NCBI GenBank assembly: GCA_963830455.1
Contig: CAWHMT010000004.1
Coordinates: 178,644 to 242,643 of the forward strand
Length of the DNA stretch: 64,000 nucleotides
Direction of reading: 5' to 3'
Source of the DNA: an uncultured Gemmatimonadales bacterium
Lineage (GTDB): Bacteria; Gemmatimonadota; Gemmatimonadetes; Gemmatimonadales; GWC2-71-9
The translations under genes were made by a program, and so were the position numbers. Positions within the stretch are counted from its first letter, which is position 1; every line of letters begins with the position of its first letter. The notes beneath the pieces are model-generated. The model was given only the letters and a program-made list of their open reading frames with translations. It was not told the origin of the DNA and ran no database searches. Shown piece after piece: positions 52,633 through 60,646 of this stretch.

Positions 52633-53625
52633 CTATTTCCAGCCCCGCAGGCTGCGCACGAAATCATGCAGCACCAGGAATTTCTCGTACAGGCGCACGC
52701 CTTTGCGCTTGCGGCCGAACTCGGCGAACAACTCGCGGAGACGGCCGCGGCGCGTCACGTAGAACCGGAACGTCTCGGCGAAATCCTCCTGCGGATGCGT
52801 CGCGGCGTACGCGCTCACGTAATCGGTGAGCGTCGTGGCGATCCGGCGCCGCTCGAAGTCCACCCAATGCTCGTCCGCGACGCGATACGCCTTGCGCACT
52901 TCGCCGAAGGCGCGGCGGAACCGGCCAGAACGCGTCCAGGACCAGTGATGGTAGAGGAAGGAGTGACCGAGCTCATGCAGGAGCAGGCCCGTGAGCATGT
53001 TCCACGAGATCTCGTCGCGACGCCGCTTCCCCGTGACGTAACGGCGATCGAGCTCGATCACCTTGGGCGCGCGCGGCGCGACGCCTGACACGCCGGGACG
53101 GAGCGCGACGCGGTACTGCCAATCGCGAATCCGGGAGACGATGAGCAGACGGCGCGCCCGTCGCAGCGCGCGCGGGATGAGGTCCCGCCCGGTCGCGTCC
53201 TCCCCGCACCAGGGGCAGGTGGCCATCCAGTCGTCCACACCGCGATCGCAGCGCGGGCACGAGTTCTGGAAGTGATCGTAGCGCCACGACTGCGCGCGCC
53301 CGCACCAGGGACAAAAGCGCATCGGGTACATCACGCCGCCGCCGCAGCCCCAGTCGCAGCGCGCGTGGAATTTGAAACCCTTGGGCGCCTTGAGCGGCTC
53401 GTCGCTGGAGTCCTTGTCCTTGATATCGCGGCCGCACCACGGACAGAACGACGAGGCGTCCGACACCATCCAGCCGCAGTAGGCGCATTCCGCCCCGGTC
53501 TCGCGCTGGGTGTCTTCCCATTCGAGCCGGCGGCTGCAGCTCGGGCAGTAGCTCCAGAACCGCTCCAGCTCGGTATGGCAGTGGGGACAGCGCAGCTCGG
53601 GGGTCGGCACCTCGCGACGGCTCAT
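52633..53625 (-). CDS. Four-zinc-ribbon N-domain fused to a putative zinc metallopeptidase (HExxH ... EDFAE)
   Basis: Cys pairs are CPHC..CPSC, CAYC..CPWC, CDWGC..CPWC and CPRC..CPWC, followed by LLHELGHSF and HPQEDFAETF. ATGA overlap with the ATP-grasp gene. Confidence 0.75.
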   Translation of the reverse strand: MSRREVPTPELRCPHCHTELERFWSYCPSCSRRLEWEDTQRETGAECAYCGWMVSDASSFCPWCGRDIKDKDSSDEPLKAPKGFKFHARCDWGCGGGVMYPMRFCPWCGRAQSWRYDHFQNSCPRCDRGVDDWMATCPWCGEDATGRDLIPRALRRARRLLIVSRIRDWQYRVALRPGVSGVAPRAPKVIELDRRYVTGKRRRDEISWNMLTGLLLHELGHSFLYHHWSWTRSGRFRRAFGEVRKAYRVADEHWVDFERRRIATTLTDYVSAYAATHPQEDFAETFRFYVTRRGRLRELFAEFGRKRKGVRLYEKFLVLHDFVRSLRGWK

Positions 53626-54620
53626 CGCGCCAGCGCCTCATCCACGATGCGTTGGATGAACGCGTTGTATTTGAGCCCCGACTTCTTGGCGGCCTCCGCC
53701 AGCTCGTGCTCGTCGGCAATGAACGGATTGGGATTCACCTCGAGGACGTACACCTCGTCGTCGTGCGCGAGGCGCACGTCCACCCGCCCGTAGTCCTGCA
53801 GCCACAGGGCGTGAAAGGCGGTGCTGCAGATCTCCCCGATGCGGGTCGTGAGCTGCTCGGAGACGCCTTTGGCGAAGACGTTCTTGATCTGCTTTTTCTT
53901 GCGGTACTCCTCGTCCCACTTGGCCTTGTATGTCGCGATGCGGTGCTCGCCGATTTCGGGCTCGCCGAACGTCATCTCCGTGAGCGGCAGCACCTCGAGC
54001 TCGTCGTTGCCGATCAGGCCGACGTACACCTCGCGGCCTTCGACCAGCTCCTCGACGATCGCGGCCTGATGGTACTTGGTGTGGATGAACTCGATCCGCT
54101 GTTTCAGGCTCGCGTCGTCCTCGACGACCGATGCCTGCGCGATGCCGATCGACGCGTCCTCGAGCAGCGGCTTGACGATGAGCGGGAACCGCAGCTCGGA
54201 CGGGCGCACCAGCTCGTCGCCTTCGTGGAACTCGGCGAACGCCGGCACCCGGATGCCGTGGAAGGCGAGCACTTTCTTGGTGAGCGACTTGTTGCGCGCG
54301 ACGAGCAGCGCGGTGGGAGAGGAGCCCGTGTAGCGATAGCCGTACATGTCCAGCAGCGCCGCGATCGCATATTCGTGGCGTGCGTTCTTGCGAAAGCCCT
54401 CGCAGCCGTTGAACACGAGCTTGGGCTGGAACGCCGCCAGCTTCGTGAGCAGCGGCACGACGTCATCGCCGATGCCGATCATCAGGACGTCGTGCCCGCC
54501 GGCCATCAGCGCGCGCGCGACATCGTACTCAGCCTCCTCGACCTTTTGATCGATCTCGTGCTTGAACGCCGCGTCATCCCACTCGGGGTGCAGCGAATCG
54601 AAGATGACGGCGATTCTCAT
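53622..54620 (-). CDS. ATP-grasp ligase of the D-Ala-D-Ala-ligase-like family (not a canonical Ddl)
   Basis: 332 aa. FPLIVKPLLEDASIGI, EELVEGREVYVGLIG and YVLEVNPNP fit the ATP-grasp fold. The N-terminus lacks the Ddl GGxSxEHEVS motif. Confidence 0.85.
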   Translation of the reverse strand: MRIAVIFDSLHPEWDDAAFKHEIDQKVEEAEYDVARALMAGGHDVLMIGIGDDVVPLLTKLAAFQPKLVFNGCEGFRKNARHEYAIAALLDMYGYRYTGSSPTALLVARNKSLTKKVLAFHGIRVPAFAEFHEGDELVRPSELRFPLIVKPLLEDASIGIAQASVVEDDASLKQRIEFIHTKYHQAAIVEELVEGREVYVGLIGNDELEVLPLTEMTFGEPEIGEHRIATYKAKWDEEYRKKKQIKNVFAKGVSEQLTTRIGEICSTAFHALWLQDYGRVDVRLAHDDEVYVLEVNPNPFIADEHELAEAAKKSGLKYNAFIQRIVDEALAR

Positions 54621-54629
54621 ATCATCTCC

Positions 54630-56039
54630 TCAACGTCCACCGGAGACGTGGAGGTCGAGTGCACTCACCCGCCGCATGTCTCGCCGTACGCTCGTGAGTC
54701 CGATGAGGATGATCACGCCGCCCAGGAACCCGACGGCCGGTAGGAGCAGCATCGCGCCCCGCAGGCTGCCGGTACGGTCCGAGAGATAGCCGATGAGGGG
54801 AGGCGCCAGCGCGTCGCCCGCGAGGTGCGAAAACAAGACAAACGCCCCCAGCACCGATGCCTGGACCGCCGGGGGGACGACATCGAGAATCACCGCGATC
54901 AGTGGACCGTTGTACCAGGTATAGAAGAAATACGTCGCGAGAACAAGCGGCGTGAACCAGCGGAGATCGTCAACGAGGAGCAACAACGCGCAGACCGGGG
55001 CACCGAGCACAAATCCCGCGCCGGACGCGAGCACGCGACCGCCAGGCCACCGCTGCTGCAGTCGATCGGCGAACCGCCCGCCTACCAGCGCGCCACCGAC
55101 ACCGCCGACAAGGGCCCAGAAGCCGAATTCAGAGCCCACGCGCGCGACTGAAAGGCCGTGCACCCGCTGCATGAACGCCGCCGCCCAGGCGATCAGTCCG
55201 TTCACGGCGAATGTCACCATGGCGCCGCCGAGAAAGACCCAGATGAGCGTCGGCGTGCGCAGCACCAGCACCGCGGCGTCCTGAAAGTCGTCGAACGCCC
55301 CCGCGGCGACTGCGCCAGCCGCGGTCGTGCGTCCCACGGCCAGCGGCACCAGCCGCCAAACCGTCCACGCGATGCCGGCGCTCACGCCCACACCAAACAC
55401 GGCCGTGCCAATGAGAGGGGGGATGCCCTCAAAGAGCGCCAGCAACGCCGCGATGGCGGCCCCGACTCCCGCGCAGATGGCGAGCGGCGCGACATACTGC
55501 GTGACGCCATGCATGCCGTGTCGCCACCACCCGCGAAGAGTCTCGACGATGGGGGGGGGCGGCCGGCGATCCAGCTCGCGCAGCCGCGATGCGAGCAAGG
55601 CGAGGACGAGTCCCGGAAATCCCATCCAGATGAATGCCCAGCGCCACCCGTAGCGCTCCGCAATGATGCCGCCGAGCCAGATCCCAAGGACGCCACCGAG
55701 CGCCATGCCCACCGAGTAGATGCCGATCGCGAACGCGCGCCGGCGGCCCTTGTAGTACTGCGCGATGATCGCCTGCGACGCCGGGCCGTAGCCCGCTTCG
55801 CCGAATCCCACGAGCGCGCGGCAGGTGAAGAGCTGCCAGAAGTGCCGAACGAATCCACCGGCCGTGGTCGCCGCGCTCCACACGGTGACGCCCCACGTGA
55901 TGACGGCGCGCCGGGAACGGAGATCGCCGATCACGCCGAGCGGCAGCGCGGCGAGCGACAACACGATGATGTACGCGGAGCCGAGCCATCCGAGCTGCGC
56001 GTCGGTGAGGTTCAGCTCGCGCTTGACCGGCTCGAACAC
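54630..56039 (-). CDS. MFS transporter (Spinster-like); true N-terminus probably extends to about 56165
   Basis: The track ORF starts at GTG 56039, but the same frame upstream encodes AYAAYVLGLLTLVNLLNYLDRNVVYA (TM1 plus the MFS N-terminal motif) with no ATG/GTG/TTG. A CTG at 56165..56163 has GAGG 6 nt upstream. Confidence 0.8.
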   Translation of the reverse strand: MFEPVKRELNLTDAQLGWLGSAYIIVLSLAALPLGVIGDLRSRRAVITWGVTVWSAATTAGGFVRHFWQLFTCRALVGFGEAGYGPASQAIIAQYYKGRRRAFAIGIYSVGMALGGVLGIWLGGIIAERYGWRWAFIWMGFPGLVLALLASRLRELDRRPPPPIVETLRGWWRHGMHGVTQYVAPLAICAGVGAAIAALLALFEGIPPLIGTAVFGVGVSAGIAWTVWRLVPLAVGRTTAAGAVAAGAFDDFQDAAVLVLRTPTLIWVFLGGAMVTFAVNGLIAWAAAFMQRVHGLSVARVGSEFGFWALVGGVGGALVGGRFADRLQQRWPGGRVLASGAGFVLGAPVCALLLLVDDLRWFTPLVLATYFFYTWYNGPLIAVILDVVPPAVQASVLGAFVLFSHLAGDALAPPLIGYLSDRTGSLRGAMLLLPAVGFLGGVIILIGLTSVRRDMRRVSALDLHVSGGR

Positions 56040-56145
56040 CGCGTAGACGACGTTGCGGTCGAGGTAATTGAGCAGGTTGACCAGCGTCAGCAGGCCCAGG
56101 ACGTACGCGGCGTACGCCCTGGTGGGGGTGCCGGACTTCGCGGTG

Positions 56146-57282
56146 TCAGGTCGCGCGGCCGCCAGTTGCCGCCTCGGCGCGCGCGTCGCGATCCTCTTTG
56201 GCCTCGAGATAGGAATCGGTGAGCTCGCGCATCATGTCCGCGCGCCTGTGGTACAGGCGCTTCAGCGTCCGGGGCTTGCGCCGGGCCAGCGCGTACGCGG
56301 CCAGTATGGGAAACGCGACGGTGTTGTCGAGATACGCCACAACGGTGCCGGGCAGCTTGTCCGGATCCACCTTGCCCCAGCTCACCGCCTCCGCCGGCGT
56401 CGCTCCCGAGAGGCCGCCCGTGTCGGGACGGGCATCGGTCAGCTGGAGGTAGTAGTCGTGGCCCTTCTCGCTGATGCCGAGCACTTCCTGAATCTGCGGC
56501 TCGGTTTGCAGCACGAAGTTCTTGGGACTGCCGCCGCCGATGATCAGCACGCCGCTCTTGCCGCCGCGCACCTTGGCCGAGAACACGATCGACGAGGTCT
56601 CGTTCACGTCGGCGCTCACGTCGAAGCGCAGCTTGCTTCCCGAGAGGGCCTGCTCGGCGACGTTCATCCCGATCGACGAATCTCCGGGCGAGGACGTGTA
56701 GATCGGCACCGCCGCGGCATGCGCCGCGCCGAGCACCGATTTCCGCGTCAGCCCGAGCGCCTGCTCACGCTCCAGCACGTAGCCGCCCAGCAGGTAGTGG
56801 TATTCGGCGGTGCTCATGGGCCGCTGAAATTCGGGCCGGGCCGAGACATCGCGGACGAAGCGGTCCGTCGACAGCAGGACGTCGTAATCGAAGAAGACGT
56901 CGTAGATCCGCACGACGCCCTCTTCACGCAACACCACGTCGTCGGCGAACGGCGTGCCGCGATGCATCGCCATGCCCAGGCCGAAGTGCGCATCGTGATA
57001 CAGATTCGCGCCGGTGGACACCATCCAGTCGATGAATCCCGCTTCGATCAGCGGGATCATCGTCGACATGCCGAGTCCCGCCGGGGTCATCGCACCGGTC
57101 AGGCTCATCCCGACGGTCACATCGTCTTCGAGCATGCGCTCGGCAAACAGCCGGCAGCCTTCGCTCAACCGGCCCGCGTTGTACGCCAGAAACGCGTTGT
57201 CGACGAGCTCGGCGACGGTCTCTTTGCCGGTGACCGGCTTCGGATTGATGCGCTGGCCGCGCAGGTATTCGTTTTGGGTCAT
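56146..57282 (-). CDS. Deoxyhypusine-synthase-like protein (DHS/homospermidine-synthase-like, NAD-dependent aminobutyl transferase family)
   Basis: The ATG at 57282 (MTQNEYL) forms an ATGA overlap with the LOG gene. [23 protein letters not shown] and GGGSPKNF are DHS-family blocks. Confidence 0.85.
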   Translation of the reverse strand: MTQNEYLRGQRINPKPVTGKETVAELVDNAFLAYNAGRLSEGCRLFAERMLEDDVTVGMSLTGAMTPAGLGMSTMIPLIEAGFIDWMVSTGANLYHDAHFGLGMAMHRGTPFADDVVLREEGVVRIYDVFFDYDVLLSTDRFVRDVSARPEFQRPMSTAEYHYLLGGYVLEREQALGLTRKSVLGAAHAAAVPIYTSSPGDSSIGMNVAEQALSGSKLRFDVSADVNETSSIVFSAKVRGGKSGVLIIGGGSPKNFVLQTEPQIQEVLGISEKGHDYYLQLTDARPDTGGLSGATPAEAVSWGKVDPDKLPGTVVAYLDNTVAFPILAAYALARRKPRTLKRLYHRRADMMRELTDSYLEAKEDRDARAEAATGGRAT

Positions 57283-58049
57283 CGTGTGCTCTGGCTTTTC
57301 GATTGCATGGCGCGGAACGCGCGCGTGCGCCGTTCCCGAGCTTCCACGATCCACCCGAGAGCTTCCTTGGGGTCGTCGGTCACGAGGAAGAGATTCAGGT
57401 CTTCCGGTGCGATTTTGCCCTCTCCCGCCACCCGCTGTTTGAGCCAGTCAGCCAGGCCACCCCAGTACGCGCGGCCGAACAGCACGACCGGGAATTGTTT
57501 CACCTTGCCCGTCTGGACCAGGGTCAGCGCTTCGAACAGCTCGTCCATGGTGCCGTAGCCGCCGGGAAAGGTGATGAATGCGGTCGAATACTTCACGAAC
57601 ATCGTCTTCCGGACAAAGAAGTAACGGAAATTGATCGAGCGCTCGACCCACCGGTTGGTGCCCTGCTCGAAGGGCAGCTCGATGTTGCAGCCGATCGACA
57701 GCCCGCCGCCTTCCTTGGCGCCGCGATTGGCGGCTTCCATGATGCCGGGGCCGCCGCCGGTGATGATCGCAAAACCCTCTTTGGCCAGCATCCGGGAGGT
57801 CTCGCGTGCCGCCTCGTAGTAGGGATCGCTTTCGGCCGTGCGCGCCGAGCCGAACACCGTCACCGCGTTGCGCACATCGGACAGCGTATCGAACCCCTCG
57901 ACGAACTCGCCCATGATGCGCAGCACGCGCCACGGATCGGTGCTCGTGAAGGAAGCCCGCCGCTCGACCGGAACGGTCTGCGGCGCTGTGAGGAGTTGTT
58001 CGTCTTCAGTGAGCGGGCTGCGCGGCGAGGCGCTCGGTTGCTCTGACAT
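57279..58049 (-). CDS. LOG-family (TIGR00730) Rossmann-fold protein
   Basis: [19 protein letters not shown] and [12 protein letters not shown] motifs. The start is ATG 58049 (AGGA 5 nt upstream) or 58055. Either overlaps the upstream gene by more than 40 nt. Confidence 0.85.
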   Translation of the reverse strand: MSEQPSASPRSPLTEDEQLLTAPQTVPVERRASFTSTDPWRVLRIMGEFVEGFDTLSDVRNAVTVFGSARTAESDPYYEAARETSRMLAKEGFAIITGGGPGIMEAANRGAKEGGGLSIGCNIELPFEQGTNRWVERSINFRYFFVRKTMFVKYSTAFITFPGGYGTMDELFEALTLVQTGKVKQFPVVLFGRAYWGGLADWLKQRVAGEGKIAPEDLNLFLVTDDPKEALGWIVEARERRTRAFRAMQSKSQSTR

Positions 58050-59175
58050 GGTCATCCTGCACGTTATAGAAGAAAGGCGAGAACCGGACGTGACCAGGCC
58101 GCGTGTCGGCGATGATGCCGCCCGCGGCCAGGTGCCGGACACTGGCTCCGGGATCGGGCATGGGAACCATGACGATGGCGGAGCGGTCCCGAGCGTCAGC
58201 GGCGACTTTCGGCTTGAAGCCCGCCGCCCGCAAGGTCGCGATGAGATCCTCGGTCAGCGCCGCGGTCACATCCCGGATGGCGGGAACGCCGATCTCCTCG
58301 ATGTACTCGAGACCACCGAGCTGCGCGTAGACCGCGGCGAGCGCCGGCGTGCCGAGCTCGAAGCGCCGCGCGCCATCGTGCAGCGTCAACGCGCGCGGAT
58401 CGAAGGCGAACTGCTCGCGCTGACCGAACCAGCCGGAGATCCTGGGCTCGAGGCGCCGGGCCACGGCCTCGCGCACATAGAGGAAGACGATGCCGGGCCC
58501 TCCGAGCAGCCACTTGAGACCGCCCGCCACGAGCGCATCGACGCCGGCCTGCTGCACGTCGACCGGGACCTGACCGACCGATTGGTAGGCATCGATCAAA
58601 CACAACGCGCCGTTCGCATGCGCCACGTCCGCCACCCGCTTGATGTCCTGAATCGCCCCGGTCGTGAAGTACACATGGGAGGTCACGACGAGCGCGGTCC
58701 GATCATCGACCGCGCGCGCGATCGCTTCGACCGGAACGCTGATCTTGTCCGGACTCTCGACGATCACGAGCTCCACGCCGTGCTTCGCCTTCGCGAGCCA
58801 CTGGTAGGCGACCGTGGGGAAATCGAGCGCGGTGACGACAACTCGGGGCCGGCGGCTGTAGTCGATGGACTCGGCCACCGCACTCAGCGCCACCGAAATG
58901 CTCGGGGCAAGGGCGATATCGTTGGCGGTGGCGTTCACGATGCGCCCGTAGCGAGCGCGCAGATCGGTCAGCGCTTCCCACCACACGTCATACCATGCCG
59001 CCGCGCCGCGCCGCTGCCAGATGTCGAGGAATTCGGCTACCTTGCGTCGAGACCGCTCACCCAGTGCGCCCAGCGAGCAGGTGTTGAGGTAGACGGTGTC
59101 CTTGAAGATTGGAAACTCGCCCCGGTACGAGGCGAGTCCGAGCGCGCGCGGTGTCACGCTGCTTGCGAGCGTCAT
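58006..59175 (-). CDS. Class-V aminotransferase-fold PLP-dependent enzyme (cysteine desulfurase / kynureninase-like)
   Basis: 389 aa. FPIFKDTVYLNTCSLG, LVVTSHVYFTTG, LIDAYQSVG and GGLKWLLGGPG (PLP lysine region). Confidence 0.8.
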   Translation of the reverse strand: MTLASSVTPRALGLASYRGEFPIFKDTVYLNTCSLGALGERSRRKVAEFLDIWQRRGAAAWYDVWWEALTDLRARYGRIVNATANDIALAPSISVALSAVAESIDYSRRPRVVVTALDFPTVAYQWLAKAKHGVELVIVESPDKISVPVEAIARAVDDRTALVVTSHVYFTTGAIQDIKRVADVAHANGALCLIDAYQSVGQVPVDVQQAGVDALVAGGLKWLLGGPGIVFLYVREAVARRLEPRISGWFGQREQFAFDPRALTLHDGARRFELGTPALAAVYAQLGGLEYIEEIGVPAIRDVTAALTEDLIATLRAAGFKPKVAADARDRSAIVMVPMPDPGASVRHLAAGGIIADTRPGHVRFSPFFYNVQDDHVRATERLAAQPAH

Positions 59176-59197
59176 AGCCCGGGAATATACAGAAGGA

Positions 59198-59464
59198 ATG
59201 CAGCGTATCGCGAGTTGGTCGGCATTCTATTTGCGCTTGGCGCTGCGGGCGGTCGTGCGGCCCCGACTGGCCGTCGATTTGCTGCGGCTCGCGTGGAGTT
59301 TTCGCGCCCGCGATTGGTATCGCCGGCTGCCGTTCCTGCCACTGCCGCCGCGCGACTACATGCAATGGCGGATGTTCACCGCGTACGGCGACGAAGACGC
59401 GATTCCCCCGGTCGAGGATGTCGTGAATTTCGCCCGGTGGCGCCGCGAGACGATGGGATTATGA
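59198..59464 (+). CDS. Small hypothetical protein (88 aa)
   Basis: The ATG at 59198 is preceded by GAAGGA. The upstream part of the track ORF (from 59096) is antisense to the PLP-enzyme gene. ATGA coupling to queG. Confidence 0.5.
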   Translation: MQRIASWSAFYLRLALRAVVRPRLAVDLLRLAWSFRARDWYRRLPFLPLPPRDYMQWRMFTAYGDEDAIPPVEDVVNFARWRRETMGL

Positions 59465-60388
59465 ACGACGTCGAGCAGAGCGTCGAGATAAAGCGTCGAG
59501 CGGAGGCGTTGGGCTTCGCTGCGACGGGTGTGACGCGCCTCGACCGCAATCCACACGCCGCCGAGCTCGACCGCTGGCTGGCGAACGGTCACGCGGGCAC
59601 GATGACGTATCTCAACCGTCAGGCGGAGAAGCGGAAGGACCCGCGCGTCGATCATGCCCGGTGCAAGGTCCGCGGTCGTGACGCTGACGAATTATTTCCA
59701 CGGAGCCCCGGGGCATGGCCCCGGGGCTCGCCACCCTCGCGTGGCTCAGTACGCATGGTCCTCCGACTACCACGACGTCCTCGGGCAGCGTCTCGAGCAA
59801 CTCGCTGAGGCGATCCGACTCCTGGCTCCAGGCTCCAAGACCCGGTGCTACGTCGATGCGGGACCCGTGCCCGAGCGGGAGCTGGCGCAGCTCGCCGGGC
59901 TCGGCTGGATCGGCAAGAACATGATGCTGATCAATCCGGACATCGGCTCGTTCACATTCATCGGCGTGGTGCTGACGGATGCGGATCTCGAGCCCGATCC
60001 GCCATTCGAGGCTGACCGCTGCGGCACCTGTACGCGCTGCCTCGACGCGTGTCCGACTCAGGCGTTCGCCGGCCCCCGCGATCTCGACGCGCGCGCGTGC
60101 ATTTCGTATCTGACCATCGAGCATCGCGGCAGTTTCACGGAGACGCAGCGCGCCCAGGTCGGGGACTGGGTGTTCGGCTGCGATGTCTGCCAGGACGTCT
60201 GCCCCTGGAATGTGAGCTTCGCGCTCGAGACGCACGATGCGGGCTTCGCGTCTCGCGCGGACGTCGCGTTCCCAGATGTGGAGGCCTTCGCGACCATGGA
60301 TGGGGCCGAGTTCACCCGCCGGTACGGCGACACGCCGTTCACGCGGCCGGGCCTCGAAGGAATGCGGCGCAATGCCGGCGTCGCCTGA
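59461..60388 (+). pseudogene. queG: Epoxyqueuosine reductase with a +1 frame disruption near 59645-59653
   Basis: The N-terminal 63 codons (MNDVEQSVEIKRRAEALGFAATGV...TMTYLNRQAEKRKDPRV) are in the frame of 59461. The rest (MPGARSAVVTLTNYF...CGTCTRCLDACP...CDVCQDVCPWN) is in the frame of 59654, offset by +1. Confidence 0.8.
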
Positions 60389-60644
60389 CGCGATCACCGA
60401 TCTGCAGCGTCGCCTGGCGGAGGGTCTCTCCAGGATCGATCCGCATCACCGGCTGCTCGGCCGGCCGGTGAGTTATCGCGTGATCGACGGGAGGGCGCTC
60501 GAGATCACCTATCGCGACGTTGCGGGCATCGCGGATGCCGAGGTGTTGGGCGTCAAGCGAATCATCGGGCTCGATTGTTCGTGCAGCGTGAGCCCGCAGA
60601 CCGCGGAGCAGCTCACGGTCCGCTTCGTGATTCCACTCAAGTAG
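60372..60644 (+). CDS. Small hypothetical protein (90 aa)
   Basis: The ATG at 60372 gives MPASPDAITDLQRRLAEGL... with normal composition. The upstream part of the track ORF is an alternative frame of queG. Confidence 0.45.
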   Translation: MPASPDAITDLQRRLAEGLSRIDPHHRLLGRPVSYRVIDGRALEITYRDVAGIADAEVLGVKRIIGLDCSCSVSPQTAEQLTVRFVIPLK

Positions 60645-60646
60645 GG

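Noticed and set aside
53622-54620. Annotating the ATP-grasp gene as housekeeping D-alanine--D-alanine ligase (ddl)
   Set aside because: The N-terminal domain lacks the conserved Ddl GGxSxEHEVS block. The gene also sits with an MFS transporter and peptidases rather than mur/fts cell-wall genes, so it is kept as a Ddl-like ligase of unknown substrate.
57838-59808. 656-aa plus-strand ORF
   Set aside because: It is a chimeric artefact. Most of it is antisense to the LOG and PLP-enzyme genes. Only about 63 codons (59461-59650) are genuine coding sequence, namely the QueG N-terminus. Everything downstream of that is out-of-frame nonsense.
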